Source of the DNA: Candidatus Thalassarchaeum sp.
GTDB taxonomy: Archaea; Thermoplasmatota; Poseidoniia; Poseidoniales; Thalassarchaeaceae
Length of the DNA stretch: 34,921 nt
Assembly: GCA_022449845.1 (NCBI GenBank)
Contig: JAKUOE010000003.1
Location: forward strand, 5,166 to 40,086
Reading direction: 5' to 3'
The translations under genes were made by a program, and so were the position numbers. The stretch's first letter is position 1; each line of letters opens with the position of its first letter. The notes beneath the pieces are model-generated. The model searched no databases, was not told the origin of the DNA, and saw only the letters and a list, made by a program, of their open reading frames with translations. This document shows positions 8,512-17,939 of the stretch, one piece after another.

Positions 8512-11425
8512 TGAGACCCAGGTCGTAACGCCACCGACCAATCTCGGTCATGAGGCCATCTGCATCCCATTGGTAGACATCGAGGTTTGTGTGATCTGTT
8601 TGACCATTCGATGTACTCAAAGTGATTTCACCAGTACTCACTGCGTAATTTTCAGCAGTTGCTGAGATGCCGTGTTCGTTGACACGCTGTGGAGTCGCGG
8701 TGTTCGAACCAACATCTGCGAGCAAGGCCGCAGTTCCCAGGATGAGTGTGGCATCTCCAGCCCAACCTGCATAGGACTGCAACTCGGTACCATAGTTCAT
8801 CATGTACACATACTTGAGTTCGTGATCGTATTCTGCCTGATCGTGGTCGATTCCCATGCGGATTCCCGTCAGGCCGTCCAGATGGACCGTGTCGGATACA
8901 GTATCACCCATGGAGATGTCACCCATGCCATGGCCACCAATCTTGGCGATGTCCAAGGATTGCGAATGAATCTCAGCAAGGATGGCTGCGCCCTCGACAG
9001 ATTCAGCCAAAATGACAACTGAATCACAACCCGAAAGTGCAGCGACCTCGGTGGTAAAATCGGTCTGTGCTTGCGAAAAGGACTGTTCCAAGCAGGTGCT
9101 ACCTAGTGCTGCGCTGAGACCTGTCGCAATTGCAGTGTTGTCCATTCCGTTATCATATAGAATGGCGACATTTGAATGGCCAGCGTTTGAGATGTGAGCA
9201 GAGAGTGCGGAGACGTGGTGATCCTGCCCTGGCGAGACGCGCCAGAGATAGCCATAGTCGGAAGGTGTGCAGGTGAGGTCGCAACCAGACCAAGCGTCGT
9301 CCATCGCCTCATCGGAGAACACACCAAACGAAATCATCGGGACCTTGTTGCTCTCAGCTACCGTCAGTGCACCGAGAGCCTCCTCAGTCGAATGTGGGCC
9401 GATGACTCCAATGACGCCGGCGTTGACCAGAGCTTGCATGGCGCTGGCCGCACCAGATTGGGTCGATTGGGTGTCGGCAACGGTGAGGCTAAAGCAGGTG
9501 CCTCGCTGATTGATGTTCAACAGATCGACACCCAGTTGGACACCGTTCTCCTCACCCTGTGCATACGCTGAGTGGATGCCGGTCTCGGGGCTGAGCATAC
9601 CGATCACAACGGAGCGGGCATTGGCTCGGCATTGTGAAGAGATTCCAGTCCATTCATTCCAGAATCCCATTTCCTCAAATGACATGTCGATGAATCCATC
9701 GCCATCTTGGTCACCATCATCTTCGAATCGGAACAGGTTGTACATCATCTCAGGTGTGTTCCCATGAGAATCGAATGTGATGGTGCCACCGATTCCAGCA
9801 TAGTCGGTTCCAACGTCAGGAATTGCGGCTTTGATGTCGCTACCTGTGCTTGAGCCTGCTTGAATTGCAGCCTGAGCCATAATCATCGCTGCATCGTACG
9901 ATGCACCCGCATGAGATGGGGCCGCTGAACCATATGTAGAGAGGTAATCAGCATCGAAATCGGCCTGTAAGGGTGATGTCCAGGTTGTCGATGCGTTGGC
10001 GCCGACCACCCCCAACACAAGATCGCGACCGCTCGGCGGAAGAAGTTCGGGGAATTCAGCGTAACCGGCTTGGTGCGTGGTGACGATGCGTGCCTCCGGG
10101 AGAACGGCTTTGAACTTGGAAATCAATCGCGCAGCATCCACATCAGTAGAGGCAAACAAAGCATTTTCACAGCCATCATTCACAGCATCGTCACGAACCG
10201 CTTCAAGTTGTGCATCGGTTGGATTTTGTGGATATGCATAGACTCCACAGATATTGTTTGAATCGTATGATTCCAAAATGATACGCTCGGAGGCACGACC
10301 GAATCCATTGTCGACATACACGATCGCCAAGCCATTCAATTCGTAGATGTTCGACCACATGACGGCGCCCTTCGCACTGTCAGATTCACTGGGAATTACA
10401 CGCCAGATGAGGCCATCATCTTCGAGTTCTTCGAGACCACCATCAGAAACAAAGGGGGTAATCACCGGAATTTGATGTTCGATTGGTTTGGGATCGGGTT
10501 GATTTGCAGAAGGAGCGGTGAATGCATTGTCCAAAATCGAGTAGGATGAACCGCCAATGATTCCAGAGACGCCATCACCTTCAATGAGTGACCAAGCGCC
10601 GTTGAGACCTTTGGATCCACTGGATTCGGTGTCAAAGAAAACGAGTGAGAAGTCGTAGGCGCTCTGGGCCGCGTTGATGTCGTCGATGGCCATCTGAGCG
10701 GCATTCTCCAAGCCTTCTGCGAGGTGTGCGTTGTCACCGGTTCGCGGCGTCAGTACGCCAATCTTGACCTCGGTTACAGTACCGGTGAAAACCTCACAGC
10801 CATTCTCATCAACTGTGATTCCAGCAGGTGTGTCTGGACAGTTGTCATCGTCATCCAGAACACCGTCTCCATCACTGTCTTGTGGAACTGGGCAACCGTT
10901 AGCATCGACTTCCACACCGTCTTCAGTACCGGCACAATCGTCATCGCCATCAGAGACACCATCATTGTCGGCATCGTAAATGACTTCACAACCTGTTGCA
11001 TCGACTTCAACGCCAGCGAGTGTACCAGGGAAGGCATCTTGTCCATCAGGAACACCATCGCCATCGGTATCACAGGACCCGTCATCATCGGTCGCATCTG
11101 CATTGTAATTTGAGGCTGAAGAATCGGTACAGCCAGCAATCTCATCGACATCTGCGACTCCATCACCGTCTGTATCGACAGCCTTGGGGCAACCATTCCA
11201 TTCCACTTCAGTTCCTGCGGGTGTATCAGCACATTGATCGATGACATCGTAAATGCCATCGCCATCAGAATCAGCAAAGGTTGGATCTCCGGTTCCATCT
11301 CCGCCATCATTGGGCTCAGTCACGGGGTCTCCGCCACCATCATCGCCACCCAGGCAGCCGGCCAAACTGGCGGCCAACATTAGGGTCGTCATCAGTAGTC
11401 CGAGGAGTTGTCGCCGTGTGGTCAT
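8501..11425 (-). CDS. Lipoprotein with TSP3-like Ca-binding repeats and two tandem LivK-type (PBP1) substrate-binding domains
   Basis: MTTRRQLL..LAGC (twin-Arg plus lipobox); DSDGDG..D.C..TP.G..VD..GC repeats; two domains beginning KIGVLTPRTG and VIGMLSPETG. Start ATG 11425. Confidence 0.85.
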   Translation of the reverse strand: MTTRRQLLGLLMTTLMLAASLAGCLGGDDGGGDPVTEPNDGGDGTGDPTFADSDGDGIYDVIDQCADTPAGTEVEWNGCPKAVDTDGDGVADVDEIAGCTDSSASNYNADATDDDGSCDTDGDGVPDGQDAFPGTLAGVEVDATGCEVIYDADNDGVSDGDDDCAGTEDGVEVDANGCPVPQDSDGDGVLDDDDNCPDTPAGITVDENGCEVFTGTVTEVKIGVLTPRTGDNAHLAEGLENAAQMAIDDINAAQSAYDFSLVFFDTESSGSKGLNGAWSLIEGDGVSGIIGGSSYSILDNAFTAPSANQPDPKPIEHQIPVITPFVSDGGLEELEDDGLIWRVIPSESDSAKGAVMWSNIYELNGLAIVYVDNGFGRASERIILESYDSNNICGVYAYPQNPTDAQLEAVRDDAVNDGCENALFASTDVDAARLISKFKAVLPEARIVTTHQAGYAEFPELLPPSGRDLVLGVVGANASTTWTSPLQADFDADYLSTYGSAAPSHAGASYDAAMIMAQAAIQAGSSTGSDIKAAIPDVGTDYAGIGGTITFDSHGNTPEMMYNLFRFEDDGDQDGDGFIDMSFEEMGFWNEWTGISSQCRANARSVVIGMLSPETGIHSAYAQGEENGVQLGVDLLNINQRGTCFSLTVADTQSTQSGAASAMQALVNAGVIGVIGPHSTEEALGALTVAESNKVPMISFGVFSDEAMDDAWSGCDLTCTPSDYGYLWRVSPGQDHHVSALSAHISNAGHSNVAILYDNGMDNTAIATGLSAALGSTCLEQSFSQAQTDFTTEVAALSGCDSVVILAESVEGAAILAEIHSQSLDIAKIGGHGMGDISMGDTVSDTVHLDGLTGIRMGIDHDQAEYDHELKYVYMMNYGTELQSYAGWAGDATLILGTAALLADVGSNTATPQRVNEHGISATAENYAVSTGEITLSTSNGQTDHTNLDVYQWDADGLMTEIGRWRYDLGLIMF

Positions 11426-11547
11426 CGTATCACTTCCGCACCCCCGGAGGGGGTGGGTCGGGGTATGAAGTCTGCTGCGGCCCTGTTCGTGGACCGAAAT
11501 AGAGGGTGGCGGCAGCCTGAAGGGGCTATTGCGGCTCGCGCGGAGCG

Positions 11548-12672
11548 ATGAGCGACACAGGCGAGGGTCTCGACTACGCGAGCAGTGGCGTGGATATCGA
11601 CCTTGAAGGGGCCTCGGTCGCTTCACTTGTTGGCGCACTTTCGAAATCAATCAGAGCGCCGGGCACGCCCGGTGCACCTGTAGATCTGCCCGGTGGATTT
11701 GGTGGCCTCATCGAATTCGGAGACAACCTGCTCGCTCTGGCCACGGATGGTGTGGGTAGCAAATTGCAAATCGCCTCGATGATGGGACATTGGAGCGGGG
11801 TTGGAATCGACTGTATGGCGATGAATGTCAACGATCTTTTGTGCGTAGGCGCGGAAGCGATTGCATTCGTCGATTACATTGCAGTCCCCAAGCCGGACCC
11901 GGAGCAACATGCAGCCATTGGTGAGAGTCTTGCTGAAGCTTGTCGAATCGCCCGTGTGACTCTCGCTGGAGGGGAAACGGCGAGCCTGCCTGGAATCGTC
12001 ACGGAACTGGATCTTTCCGGTACAGCACTCGGTTGGTTGCCCAAAGGTGCCGCAATTACAGGCGCCAACATCAGTGCAGGGGATGTCATGATTGGCTTGC
12101 CTGCCAGCGGTGTACATTCAAACGGATTCTCATTGGTTCGCAAGGTCGTCGAAGTGAGTGGACTTTCCTACACGGATTCAGCACCGTTCGACACCGAACA
12201 CGCTGGGCGTGAAATCGTCCGAATGGGAGATGGAGACATTACTCTCGGTGAAGTTCTTCTCAATCCGACTCGAATCTACGTCGACCCCGTGACCGACCTC
12301 ATCGATGCTTGTCGCGACGGAAGCGGGCCTTGTCCTGCCGATGCACTTCACGGAATCTGCCACGTGACGGGTGGGGGCCTATCCAATCTGCTCAGGCTGC
12401 ATGACAGTCTCGGTTGGCATATCGACAGCCCCTTGCCTGCACTCCCTGAATTCAAATGGATTCAACAGACGGGTGGAATCACAGACAGAGAGATGGCGCG
12501 GACATTCAATCTCGGCATGGGTATGGTCTTGGTTGTCGATTCTGCGCACGCGGACGCGGTCTGCGATTGGGTCTCTTCACGAATGGAAGGAACTCAAAGG
12601 GTGGGAGAGGTTTGTGACCATGGCCACAAGGTGACACACGTCAATCCCGACATTGTCTTCGAACACTACTGA
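11548..12672 (+). CDS. purM: Phosphoribosylformylglycinamidine cyclo-ligase (AIR synthetase)
   Basis: YASSGVDI, TDGVGSK, GIDCMAMNVND, GGETA, SGVHSNGFSL, HVTGGG, TFNLGMG. Confidence 0.97.
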   Translation: MSDTGEGLDYASSGVDIDLEGASVASLVGALSKSIRAPGTPGAPVDLPGGFGGLIEFGDNLLALATDGVGSKLQIASMMGHWSGVGIDCMAMNVNDLLCVGAEAIAFVDYIAVPKPDPEQHAAIGESLAEACRIARVTLAGGETASLPGIVTELDLSGTALGWLPKGAAITGANISAGDVMIGLPASGVHSNGFSLVRKVVEVSGLSYTDSAPFDTEHAGREIVRMGDGDITLGEVLLNPTRIYVDPVTDLIDACRDGSGPCPADALHGICHVTGGGLSNLLRLHDSLGWHIDSPLPALPEFKWIQQTGGITDREMARTFNLGMGMVLVVDSAHADAVCDWVSSRMEGTQRVGEVCDHGHKVTHVNPDIVFEHY

Positions 12673-12681
12673 GGTGATGCG

Positions 12682-13920
12682 GTGACCAAACCTGAGATCG
12701 TCCTTGAAGGACGGACTCATCATCGAATTCCACCAGCCACGGAAGGGCGCACTGAGAAGCAATTGGAACGTCATGGAAAGGGTCCTGCGGACCGTGCACA
12801 TCGTTCGGCCTTCCACAATCCAGCGATGGCGGACTGTCGCACGCGAAGTGTACTGCTGATGGATCATATGCTCGATACGGAATGGTTCAACAAGCCGAAA
12901 ATCCACGTGCTGGATGCGCTCTGCGCAACCGGCAGTCGAATCAATCGATGGTTGACCGAACTGCCGAGCGAGAAAGCTGAGCGACTGATGGTGGTTGGAG
13001 CCGACCTCGATGCGGAAGCACTGGAATACGCCAGAGAAAACTGTCCTGAGGTCGAGTTCCTCCACAAGGATTCACGGCAGGTCCTGCTCTCTTCGGGTTG
13101 GCAATGGGTCGACATTGACCCCTTCGGTTCACCGGTTCCATTCCTAGATTCGGCCATGCAATCCAGTGCGAGGCGGGCTGTGATGGAGGTGACAGCGACC
13201 GATACTGCAGCGCTAACTGGTTCATCTGCAAGTGCGTGCCTGCGCCGCTACGGAGCAAAAATCCGGACGGATGAGATGGCGCATGATTCCGCACTGAGAT
13301 TGTTGATGGCAACCGTTGCAAGGACGGCTGCTCAGCACGACCGTTGCATCATGCCACTCTTGTCATCATGGGATTCTCATCATATTCGAGTATCCGTCAA
13401 GGTCCATCGCTCGATCCAATCTGCGAACTTGCTTGAAGAGAATCTTGGATGGCGCGTCGCATCGCCCACACCTGATGAATTGCAGGCTGCAACAGATGCG
13501 GGTCTGCATCCACAGGGCAATGCGCCAGAACAGCCGTTCTGTCTGCTACCCTTCACCCATCCTGTCAGTCGGAACGACAAGCGAATCTCGGGGCCGCTCT
13601 GGACGGGGCCACTGTTCGATTCTGATGTCCTGGCCTCGATGACCGTAGAGAGGGCCATGGAATTGTGCGGAGACGATGCGGAGCCTGCCGTGCGACATTG
13701 GGTGGGTGAATCGGAACTGGGAGGGACGCCATCTCTCATCATGACAGATATGCTACCAAGATACTGTGATGTGGGTGGGCCTCCGAGGATTAGCAGACTG
13801 GTAGAAGGCTTGCAGTCTGCTGGTTTCAAGGCTGCGATTGCCAGATGGGGTGCTCCTTCAATCCGCACTGATGCACCTTGGCCAGAGGTCCTCAAAGCGA
13901 CAGAAGCCTGCTTTGACTAG
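12682..13920 (+). CDS. trm1: tRNA (guanine-26 N2)-dimethyltransferase Trm1-like
   Basis: AFHNPAM, LDALCATGSR, DIDPFGSP, VTATDTA, GPLWTGPL, IRTDAP. Confidence 0.88.
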   Translation: MTKPEIVLEGRTHHRIPPATEGRTEKQLERHGKGPADRAHRSAFHNPAMADCRTRSVLLMDHMLDTEWFNKPKIHVLDALCATGSRINRWLTELPSEKAERLMVVGADLDAEALEYARENCPEVEFLHKDSRQVLLSSGWQWVDIDPFGSPVPFLDSAMQSSARRAVMEVTATDTAALTGSSASACLRRYGAKIRTDEMAHDSALRLLMATVARTAAQHDRCIMPLLSSWDSHHIRVSVKVHRSIQSANLLEENLGWRVASPTPDELQAATDAGLHPQGNAPEQPFCLLPFTHPVSRNDKRISGPLWTGPLFDSDVLASMTVERAMELCGDDAEPAVRHWVGESELGGTPSLIMTDMLPRYCDVGGPPRISRLVEGLQSAGFKAAIARWGAPSIRTDAPWPEVLKATEACFD

Positions 13921-14909
13921 CCGCCGATGTAGGACATTTCCACGCGCACGCGTGAGGGCGATGCTTCGGCTCGAATCTCAGAGTAACGATCGTCGCGCTC
14001 ACTCCAACATGATTCAATCATCGCCACGAGTTCGGCATCGGTTGCACCCTCACGCATTGGCGTCAGCAGGTCTAGTCCTGATGTCGCGAACAGGCATGTG
14101 TAGAGATGACCATCTGCAGACAGGCGAGCGCGGGTGCAATCGCCACAGAACGGTTCGGTCACACTGGTAATCAGGCCAACCTCTCCACCTTGCGGCAAAC
14201 GGTAACGCTTGGCAACCTCTCCAGGGTACTGCGATGGAATGGGTTCAAGATCGGTGAGAAGGCTACGGATTTCATCAGCGGTGACAACATCGTCCATGGC
14301 CCAACCATTGGTCGTTCCAACATCCATGTATTCGATGAACCGCGTTGCGATATCTCGACTGGAGAAGCGCTCAACCAAATCAAGTATCTCGCCCTCATTG
14401 GCTCCTCTCTTGACCACGGTGTTGACCTTGATTGGACCCAAGCCAACCGATTCTGCGGCTTCGATTCCAGCGAGAACGGCCGCCACGGTATGACCTGAAT
14501 CGGTGATTGCTGCGAAGGTCGCCTCATCCAGCGCATCCAGACTGACGGTGACACGGTCCAAACCTGCCGCAGAAAGTGCTGGCGCGTATCTAGGTAGAAG
14601 CACGCCGTTGGTCGTCATTGCAAGTTCCACACCGTGCAGAGCCAGCATGGAAATCAATTCGTGCAAATCGCGACGTAGCAACGGCTCTCCACCTGAAAGA
14701 CGAATCTTCTCGACGCCTAGGGAGACGAACAGGCTCGCCAAGCGATCGATTTCCTCGTAGGACATGATGTCCGCGCGCGGAAGGAATGGGAAATCAGGAC
14801 CGAAGACTTCCCGCGGCATACAGTAGCGGCAGCGCATGTTGCAGCGGTCGGTGACCGAGATTCGCAGGTCCCGCAAGGGTCGCCCCCGCGTGTCCAATAA
14901 CTCGGCCAT
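13917..14909 (-). CDS. moaA: GTP 3',8-cyclase (molybdenum cofactor biosynthesis, radical SAM)
   Basis: LRISVTDRCNMRCRYCMP, GGEPLLR, FCGDCTRARLSADG..TCLF, C-terminal MSYIGG. Confidence 0.97.
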   Translation of the reverse strand: MAELLDTRGRPLRDLRISVTDRCNMRCRYCMPREVFGPDFPFLPRADIMSYEEIDRLASLFVSLGVEKIRLSGGEPLLRRDLHELISMLALHGVELAMTTNGVLLPRYAPALSAAGLDRVTVSLDALDEATFAAITDSGHTVAAVLAGIEAAESVGLGPIKVNTVVKRGANEGEILDLVERFSSRDIATRFIEYMDVGTTNGWAMDDVVTADEIRSLLTDLEPIPSQYPGEVAKRYRLPQGGEVGLITSVTEPFCGDCTRARLSADGHLYTCLFATSGLDLLTPMREGATDAELVAMIESCWSERDDRYSEIRAEASPSRVRVEMSYIGG

Positions 14910-14971
14910 GCACTTCCCTTTCACTGGGTCACCCTAACCCTTTCTCAGTGGCTGTGACGCTTCGAAAAAGA

Positions 14972-15025
14972 GTGGGAGTCCCGGGACCCCCACGATTTCT
15001 TTGATATACCATCTGAGACAACTAC
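14972..15025 (+). promoter_or_regulatory. GC-rich palindrome followed by a TATA-like element
   Basis: GTGGGAGTCCCGGGACCCCCAC then GATTTCTTTGATATACC; same architecture as 27727-27786. Confidence 0.55.
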
Positions 15026-15031
15026 AGAGGG

Positions 15032-16711
15032 ATGTTCGGAAAACGTACTTACTGCATATTGGGAACAATGCTGTTGGCATTCGCGTCTTTAGGCGCTGGA
15101 ATGGTCTCAGCTGAAGATTGTAATGGACAGACCGTTGATCTGGAGGAACTTGGTATCCTCGAAGTCAGCATGAGCGAGGACGGGGTGGTTGAAGCTCTCA
15201 TTGTCAAGGAAGCCTTCTTTGCTTTCTTGAACGCGGACGAGAGCGATTTACCGGCCATTGAGTCGGTTGCCATGTCCGTCGGTTTAGACGAAGAGGGCAA
15301 TCTCCTGCTCAGCGACTTCGAAATTAACGCGGGTGAGACCCAGCCCGACGATGTTGCCGTTACACTGCGACTCAGCGATGAGTTGGTTGACCTTCTCCAC
15401 TCCGAAGATGTCGATCTGAGTGATTTACTCAGTGAGATTGGTATGGAAGATGGCGAAGAAGACTACGAGGAATACTACGGTTCACGCATACACTGGGCTG
15501 ACGAGGCCTACCAGCTGCGTGGAAGCCAGGACGATTACGACCGTGTCATGGACTCCGAGGACCCTCAGCAGGAATTCTACGAAATCTACGATGAGATGAT
15601 GCACGACTGGGATGAATATGATCCCGAAGAAGACGTCAACGAAACCGAAGAGGACTGGGAAGAGGTTGAGCCCGAAGAAGACCCGATTATCGACTGCAAC
15701 GAGAACGATGCAGAAGACGCGGAGGACATCTCAAACGGAACCTCGGATGACTACAACGCGAACGGGATTCCCGATGAGTGTGAAGACTTCGTTGAAGAGG
15801 ATGCTCGAGACCGCCTAGAGGACTTGGTGGAGACGCGAGATGGTGAAATCACTCAGGTGATCATCATTGTCAACACCGACGGCGATATTGCAGATGTGAC
15901 AATCATTGTCATCTACGAAGATGGCGATTACGACATGTACGTGTTCACCACGCTACTCATCGACATCCGCGAGCAGTTGCTCGATATCGATGCAATCGTC
16001 ATCTGGAACTGGATCCCAACACCTCCAGTCGATGATACCGATGAGGACGAGGATGATGGCCCAGATGTGCTGCGCGAGCGCTGCGCACGCGGTCTACTCC
16101 GAGGCACCTTCACGATTGACGACGAGGGTAACGGCACGGTTCGTGGCCTGGTCATGAACATGGATGGCGATGTCATCGGCAACATGTGGGGCACGTTCGA
16201 TTCGGACGGCTTCATGCGCGGCTTCGGTGGCGCTGACAACTCGACGGATGCCATGTGGAAGGCGGGCGCTGACGAAGGCCTGTTCCGAGGCCTATGGCGA
16301 ACCACCAGCGAAGATGTCGACCCCATGCATGGGATCCTGAAGGGACACTATGAGGTCAACGAGGCTGGCGATGGCGGGGTCTTCCACGGCAAGTGGAAGG
16401 CGGTCGACTGCCGCGACGATCTCGAAGTGGAAGAGAGAGACTCACTGCCTCCAGTCATCGACACTGCGCCACGACACATGCCACTGCAAGTGGATGTAGA
16501 CCGGGCAGACGATGTGCGCCAGTTGGACAAGACACCCAAGCAGAAGCCACTGAAGGACAAGCTCAGTGACGTGATGGACAAGCCTCTTGTTGAGGATTCA
16601 GAAGGTGGCTCAATCGTCGATGTCGGCGAGGCTGCGGCTGGATCCACTCTGGGAACCATTGCTCTACTCGGTGCAGGCTTCTTGCGACGCCGCATCACAG
16701 GTGGACTCTGA
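15032..16711 (+). CDS. Highly acidic secreted/surface protein with C-terminal membrane anchor, function unknown
   Basis: Signal peptide, D/E-rich body, DCNEN..NANGIPDEC motif, Gly/aromatic beta-rich region, hydrophobic C-terminus ending in FLRRR. Confidence 0.8.
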   Translation: MFGKRTYCILGTMLLAFASLGAGMVSAEDCNGQTVDLEELGILEVSMSEDGVVEALIVKEAFFAFLNADESDLPAIESVAMSVGLDEEGNLLLSDFEINAGETQPDDVAVTLRLSDELVDLLHSEDVDLSDLLSEIGMEDGEEDYEEYYGSRIHWADEAYQLRGSQDDYDRVMDSEDPQQEFYEIYDEMMHDWDEYDPEEDVNETEEDWEEVEPEEDPIIDCNENDAEDAEDISNGTSDDYNANGIPDECEDFVEEDARDRLEDLVETRDGEITQVIIIVNTDGDIADVTIIVIYEDGDYDMYVFTTLLIDIREQLLDIDAIVIWNWIPTPPVDDTDEDEDDGPDVLRERCARGLLRGTFTIDDEGNGTVRGLVMNMDGDVIGNMWGTFDSDGFMRGFGGADNSTDAMWKAGADEGLFRGLWRTTSEDVDPMHGILKGHYEVNEAGDGGVFHGKWKAVDCRDDLEVEERDSLPPVIDTAPRHMPLQVDVDRADDVRQLDKTPKQKPLKDKLSDVMDKPLVEDSEGGSIVDVGEAAAGSTLGTIALLGAGFLRRRITGGL

Positions 16712-16752
16712 GTCGGTACGCTGCTCTGACCACACCCTAGAATGACACACAT

Positions 16753-16792
16753 GTCCCTCGGGGGCGCTTCGGCGCCCTCGGGGGGCTTTTTT
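16753..16792 (+). terminator. Intrinsic terminator-like hairpin with cUUCGg loop and U-tract
   Basis: GTCCCTCGGGGGCGC-TTCG-GCGCCCTCGGGGGGC-TTTTTT: 15-bp stem with 3 G-U pairs. Confidence 0.85.
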
Positions 16793-16861
16793 CGTTTCAA
16801 TAACGATTGATACGCAGATTCAAAGAGCCGGGCAGGCCCCCATACAACCGAAGGGGAGCCC

Positions 16862-17425
16862 ATGCTGACCATTACTGACCTGGCCAAAGAGAAATTGGCG
16901 GGCTTTGCTGCGCAGGCAGAAGATTCCGATACACTGGTGCTTCGCGTGGCAATCGTCGGTCGTGGTGCCAACGGATTCCAGTACGATTTGCAACTGATTT
17001 CACAGAAGGATGCGCCTGAGGACGATGTCGTGGTCGAAATCGATGGCGTGATTGTCTCAGTCGCTGAGAAGAGTGCGGTGCACATGGATGGTGCAACCTT
17101 GGACTTCAAGGAGAGTCTGATGGGTGGTGGCTTCCACTTTGAGAATCCGAATCCACTCTGGGCGGACCCAACAGAACAAGCGGTGGCTGAGATTATTGAA
17201 AGCAAGGTCAACCCCGCTGTCGCTTCACACGGTGGAACGGTGAGTCTGGTTGGGGTTGATGATGGACAGGCTGTCATTTCCTTTGGCGGTGGATGCCAGG
17301 GTTGTGGTATGGCGGATGTCACACTCAAGCAAGGCATTGTGGTCATGCTTATGGATGAAGTTGAGGGCATTACCGGTGTTGTCGATATCACCGATCATGC
17401 AGCAGGAACCAATCCGTTCTACTGA
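16862..17425 (+). CDS. nfuA: Fe-S biogenesis protein NfuA (degenerate A-type carrier domain plus NifU C-terminal domain)
   Basis: GGGFHFENPN, VNPAVASHGG, FGGGCQGCG, TLKQG, DITDHAAGTNPFY. Confidence 0.92.
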   Translation: MLTITDLAKEKLAGFAAQAEDSDTLVLRVAIVGRGANGFQYDLQLISQKDAPEDDVVVEIDGVIVSVAEKSAVHMDGATLDFKESLMGGGFHFENPNPLWADPTEQAVAEIIESKVNPAVASHGGTVSLVGVDDGQAVISFGGGCQGCGMADVTLKQGIVVMLMDEVEGITGVVDITDHAAGTNPFY

Positions 17426-17465
17426 GGCGCTGCGCAGCCCCTACCCTCTGGTTAGCTGGACGTGT

Positions 17466-17828
17466 CTATTCTCCGTGCGCTTCGAGCAAATCAATTGGAA
17501 TCACAGCCAACGCTTCCTCGTGGGTGCAATCCAAACTCACAGGCCAAGCCACGCCCTCATTGGCGGCATCCAACCAAGTCTGAGCGCATACACACCAGCG
17601 ATCTCCGGCCTTCAATCCTGGAAAATTGAACTGGGGTGCGGGCGTAATCAAATCGTTGCCCTTTGAGCGTGCGAACTGAAGGAAATCGTCCGTCACAATA
17701 CAACAGACGACGTGCGAGCCTCGGTCACTGGCATCGGTATTGCAACAGCCATCGCGAAACCAACCGGTCATCGGGTCTGTGGAACATGGTTGGAGTTCGG
17801 TGCCGTTGACGTTCACGCTTTCGTGCAT
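17466..17828 (-). CDS. DUF2237 family protein
   Basis: PCSTDPMTGWFRDGCC, GNDLITP, FPGLKAGDRWCVCA. Confidence 0.92.
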   Translation of the reverse strand: MHESVNVNGTELQPCSTDPMTGWFRDGCCNTDASDRGSHVVCCIVTDDFLQFARSKGNDLITPAPQFNFPGLKAGDRWCVCAQTWLDAANEGVAWPVSLDCTHEEALAVIPIDLLEAHGE

Positions 17829-17939
17829 GGAACTTCGTAGGGACTGGCAATCTTAACTTGTGTGCACGTCAATCCTCGGTTGACCATGGAATGACACAAG
17901 CCCGGGTGATTTATCAGGGCAAAGAGAATCAAGACAATT

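Noticed and set aside
11439..11455. CACCCCC-GGA-GGGGGTG dyad as a third member of the palindrome regulon
   Set aside because: Lacks the GGGA..CCCGGG consensus and the downstream ATATACC spacing
11426..11650. N-terminal extension of the 1049-aa ORF
   Set aside because: Overlaps purM; the signal peptide begins at ATG 11425
16348..17391. 347-aa minus-strand ORF
   Set aside because: Antisense shadow of the acidic protein and nfuA; Ser/Pro/Thr-rich, no motifs
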